From: a virus
Lineage: Duplodnaviria > Heunggongvirae > Uroviricota > Caudoviricetes
Length of the DNA: 64,000 nucleotides
IMG/VR virus record: IMGVR_UViG_3300042901_002340
Direction: 5' to 3' (one strand)
A program made the position numbers and the translations under genes. Every line of letters starts with the position of its first letter. The stretch's first letter is position 1. Under the pieces are notes generated by a model. The model saw only the letters and a list, made by a program, of their open reading frames with translations. It did no database searches and was not told the origin of the DNA. Positions 62,675-64,000 of the stretch are shown here, piece after piece.

Positions 62675-63784
62675 ATGAAAAGAATTAAAACGTTCAATCA
62701 GTTATTCGAAGCATCAGGGATGCACGAAAACTGTGAGGAGTTCTTTAGAATAGCTAAGGGAACCGAGGAGCTTAAACAGATCGAAACCTGGTATAACTTA
62801 CACCCAACCAGGACTGGAAAAATCAAAGTCCTAATGAAGCAGGACGGAAGACGTATTAATAACCCAGGAAATCCTTATTTTTTTAAGTATGGCTCACAAG
62901 GAAATGATTGGAGATTTGAATTTATATCAAGTGGCAGATCTTACGGAGAAAAAATAGCCAGTGATTTAATCTCTCTTCTTAGAACATTCATAAGGGACAT
63001 AATCTATAAATTTGCACCCGAAGATTTCAATAGGGCTGAAGCAAGGGAAATAGTTAATGATGACTCCCTCATATTTTCTGGGATTTTAAAAACTCCTGAT
63101 GATATCTACACCAAAATCAGAAGCGAAAAAAGATCCGATATAATCACAGACCTTTCCCTTATAAAAGGAAAATCTAAACTAATAGATGGGCTCGAATCTA
63201 AAATTGGAAATATTTACACGTCGGGTGATACCAAGTACTTATCGATAAATTTAGGAAATATCAGGGTTGGTGAAATACCACAAGTCATATTTGATATTTC
63301 TGGAGGAGTTGGCCATTATGGAAGTGGTATACAGAGAGTGGAAAACAACGGGGCATCCATAACAATCATACCAAAAGGCGAAGGTAAAAAGACAATAAGC
63401 AGTTCAAAATCACCTCGAGGCCGGCATAATAAAAATATTAAAATATCTCTGGGATATGGTGATATTGATACCCTTGTCGGTGAGATTGAAAGTATAATAA
63501 AAAAGAATATAGACGAGATTGTTTTTTATACTGCTAAAAATTCCGGTGGGTATGAGGAGAATCCAATACTAACAATATACGTCAAAGATCTTTTACTTGG
63601 TAATATCGATGATGAAAAAATAGACCGAGGAATTGAGGATCTACTTGACGATCATATGAAAAAAAATCCTCTGAATATGTACTTGCTTGACGACCACCCA
63701 GAGATTAAAGCGGGGGTTCTTAGAAGAACAGGGATTAAAGATTATAGCACAATTGGTAGAAAATTAAAAAGCGGACTTATATAA
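62675..63784 (+). CDS. late protein with MKRIKTFNQLFE N-terminus
   Basis: 369 aa; GATATATAC four bases before the ATG. Confidence 0.8.
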   Translation: MKRIKTFNQLFEASGMHENCEEFFRIAKGTEELKQIETWYNLHPTRTGKIKVLMKQDGRRINNPGNPYFFKYGSQGNDWRFEFISSGRSYGEKIASDLISLLRTFIRDIIYKFAPEDFNRAEAREIVNDDSLIFSGILKTPDDIYTKIRSEKRSDIITDLSLIKGKSKLIDGLESKIGNIYTSGDTKYLSINLGNIRVGEIPQVIFDISGGVGHYGSGIQRVENNGASITIIPKGEGKKTISSSKSPRGRHNKNIKISLGYGDIDTLVGEIESIIKKNIDEIVFYTAKNSGGYEENPILTIYVKDLLLGNIDDEKIDRGIEDLLDDHMKKNPLNMYLLDDHPEIKAGVLRRTGIKDYSTIGRKLKSGLI

Positions 63785-64000
63785 TGAAAAGAATTAAAAC
63801 ATTCGGACAACTCTTCGAATCTGAAGCCAATGGACATCAGAGGGTCTATGAGTATTTACGTGAATGTCTAGCACCAGGTACATACAAAGAATCACCAGTT
63901 TTTGGTATCCATTCATTTGTTAATTATGATGATCCCAGCGGAATTATTAGCTATAAAACTAATGGGGTTAAACGCATTGATATTTCAATGAATCCCCACA
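63784..64000 (+). CDS. partial paralogous ORF MKRIKTFGQLFE..., runs off the window
   Basis: ATG overlaps the upstream TAA; frame open to 64000. Confidence 0.7.
   Translation, partial: MKRIKTFGQLFESEANGHQRVYEYLRECLAPGTYKESPVFGIHSFVNYDDPSGIISYKTNGVKRIDISMNPH

Noticed and set aside
1-64000. TAG or TGA stop-codon reassignment, as in some large phages
   Set aside because: Long genes (567, 379, 369 aa) are intact under code 11, and TAG ends several genes right at neighbouring features (934, 3184, 13813, 52786).

Overview
This 64-kb window looks like the accessory, early-gene-rich part of a large tailed phage genome infecting Bacteroidota. It is AT-rich, has roughly 170 mostly small minus-strand ORFs, carries dozens of TAnnTTTG (-7) promoters with short AT-rich leaders, and appears to use the standard genetic code. 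No capsid, terminase, polymerase, rRNA, tRNA or CRISPR feature is visible. Recognisable genes include a GIY-YIG endonuclease, an HNH protein, a DUF932 protein next to a RadA/Sms-like ATPase, two glucosaminidase-type and one CHAP-type wall hydrolases, two ADP-ribosyltransferase-like proteins and a PEP-utiliser-like protein. The strongest unexplained signal is an integron-like cassette array at 50,710-53,316. It has six 123-136 bp attC-like hairpins and six cassettes (one empty) whose ends are complementary over 9-16 bp, plus a non-hairpin attI/attG-like entry site. All cassette ORFs lie on the strand opposite the canonical orientation, and three start inside the attC loops, one behind a full host-type promoter. 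No integrase is present in the window. Other unexplained structure: 13 copies of a GTTAAA junction motif at early gene-module boundaries, two families of intergenic palindromes, about 14 late proteins with a T4 capsid-targeting-like N-terminus, about 20 small proteins sharing a C-terminal W/F-x-x-I/L-K/R tail, and a structured non-coding island at 14.9-15.9 kb. All family assignments come from motif recognition by eye and were not run against any database.
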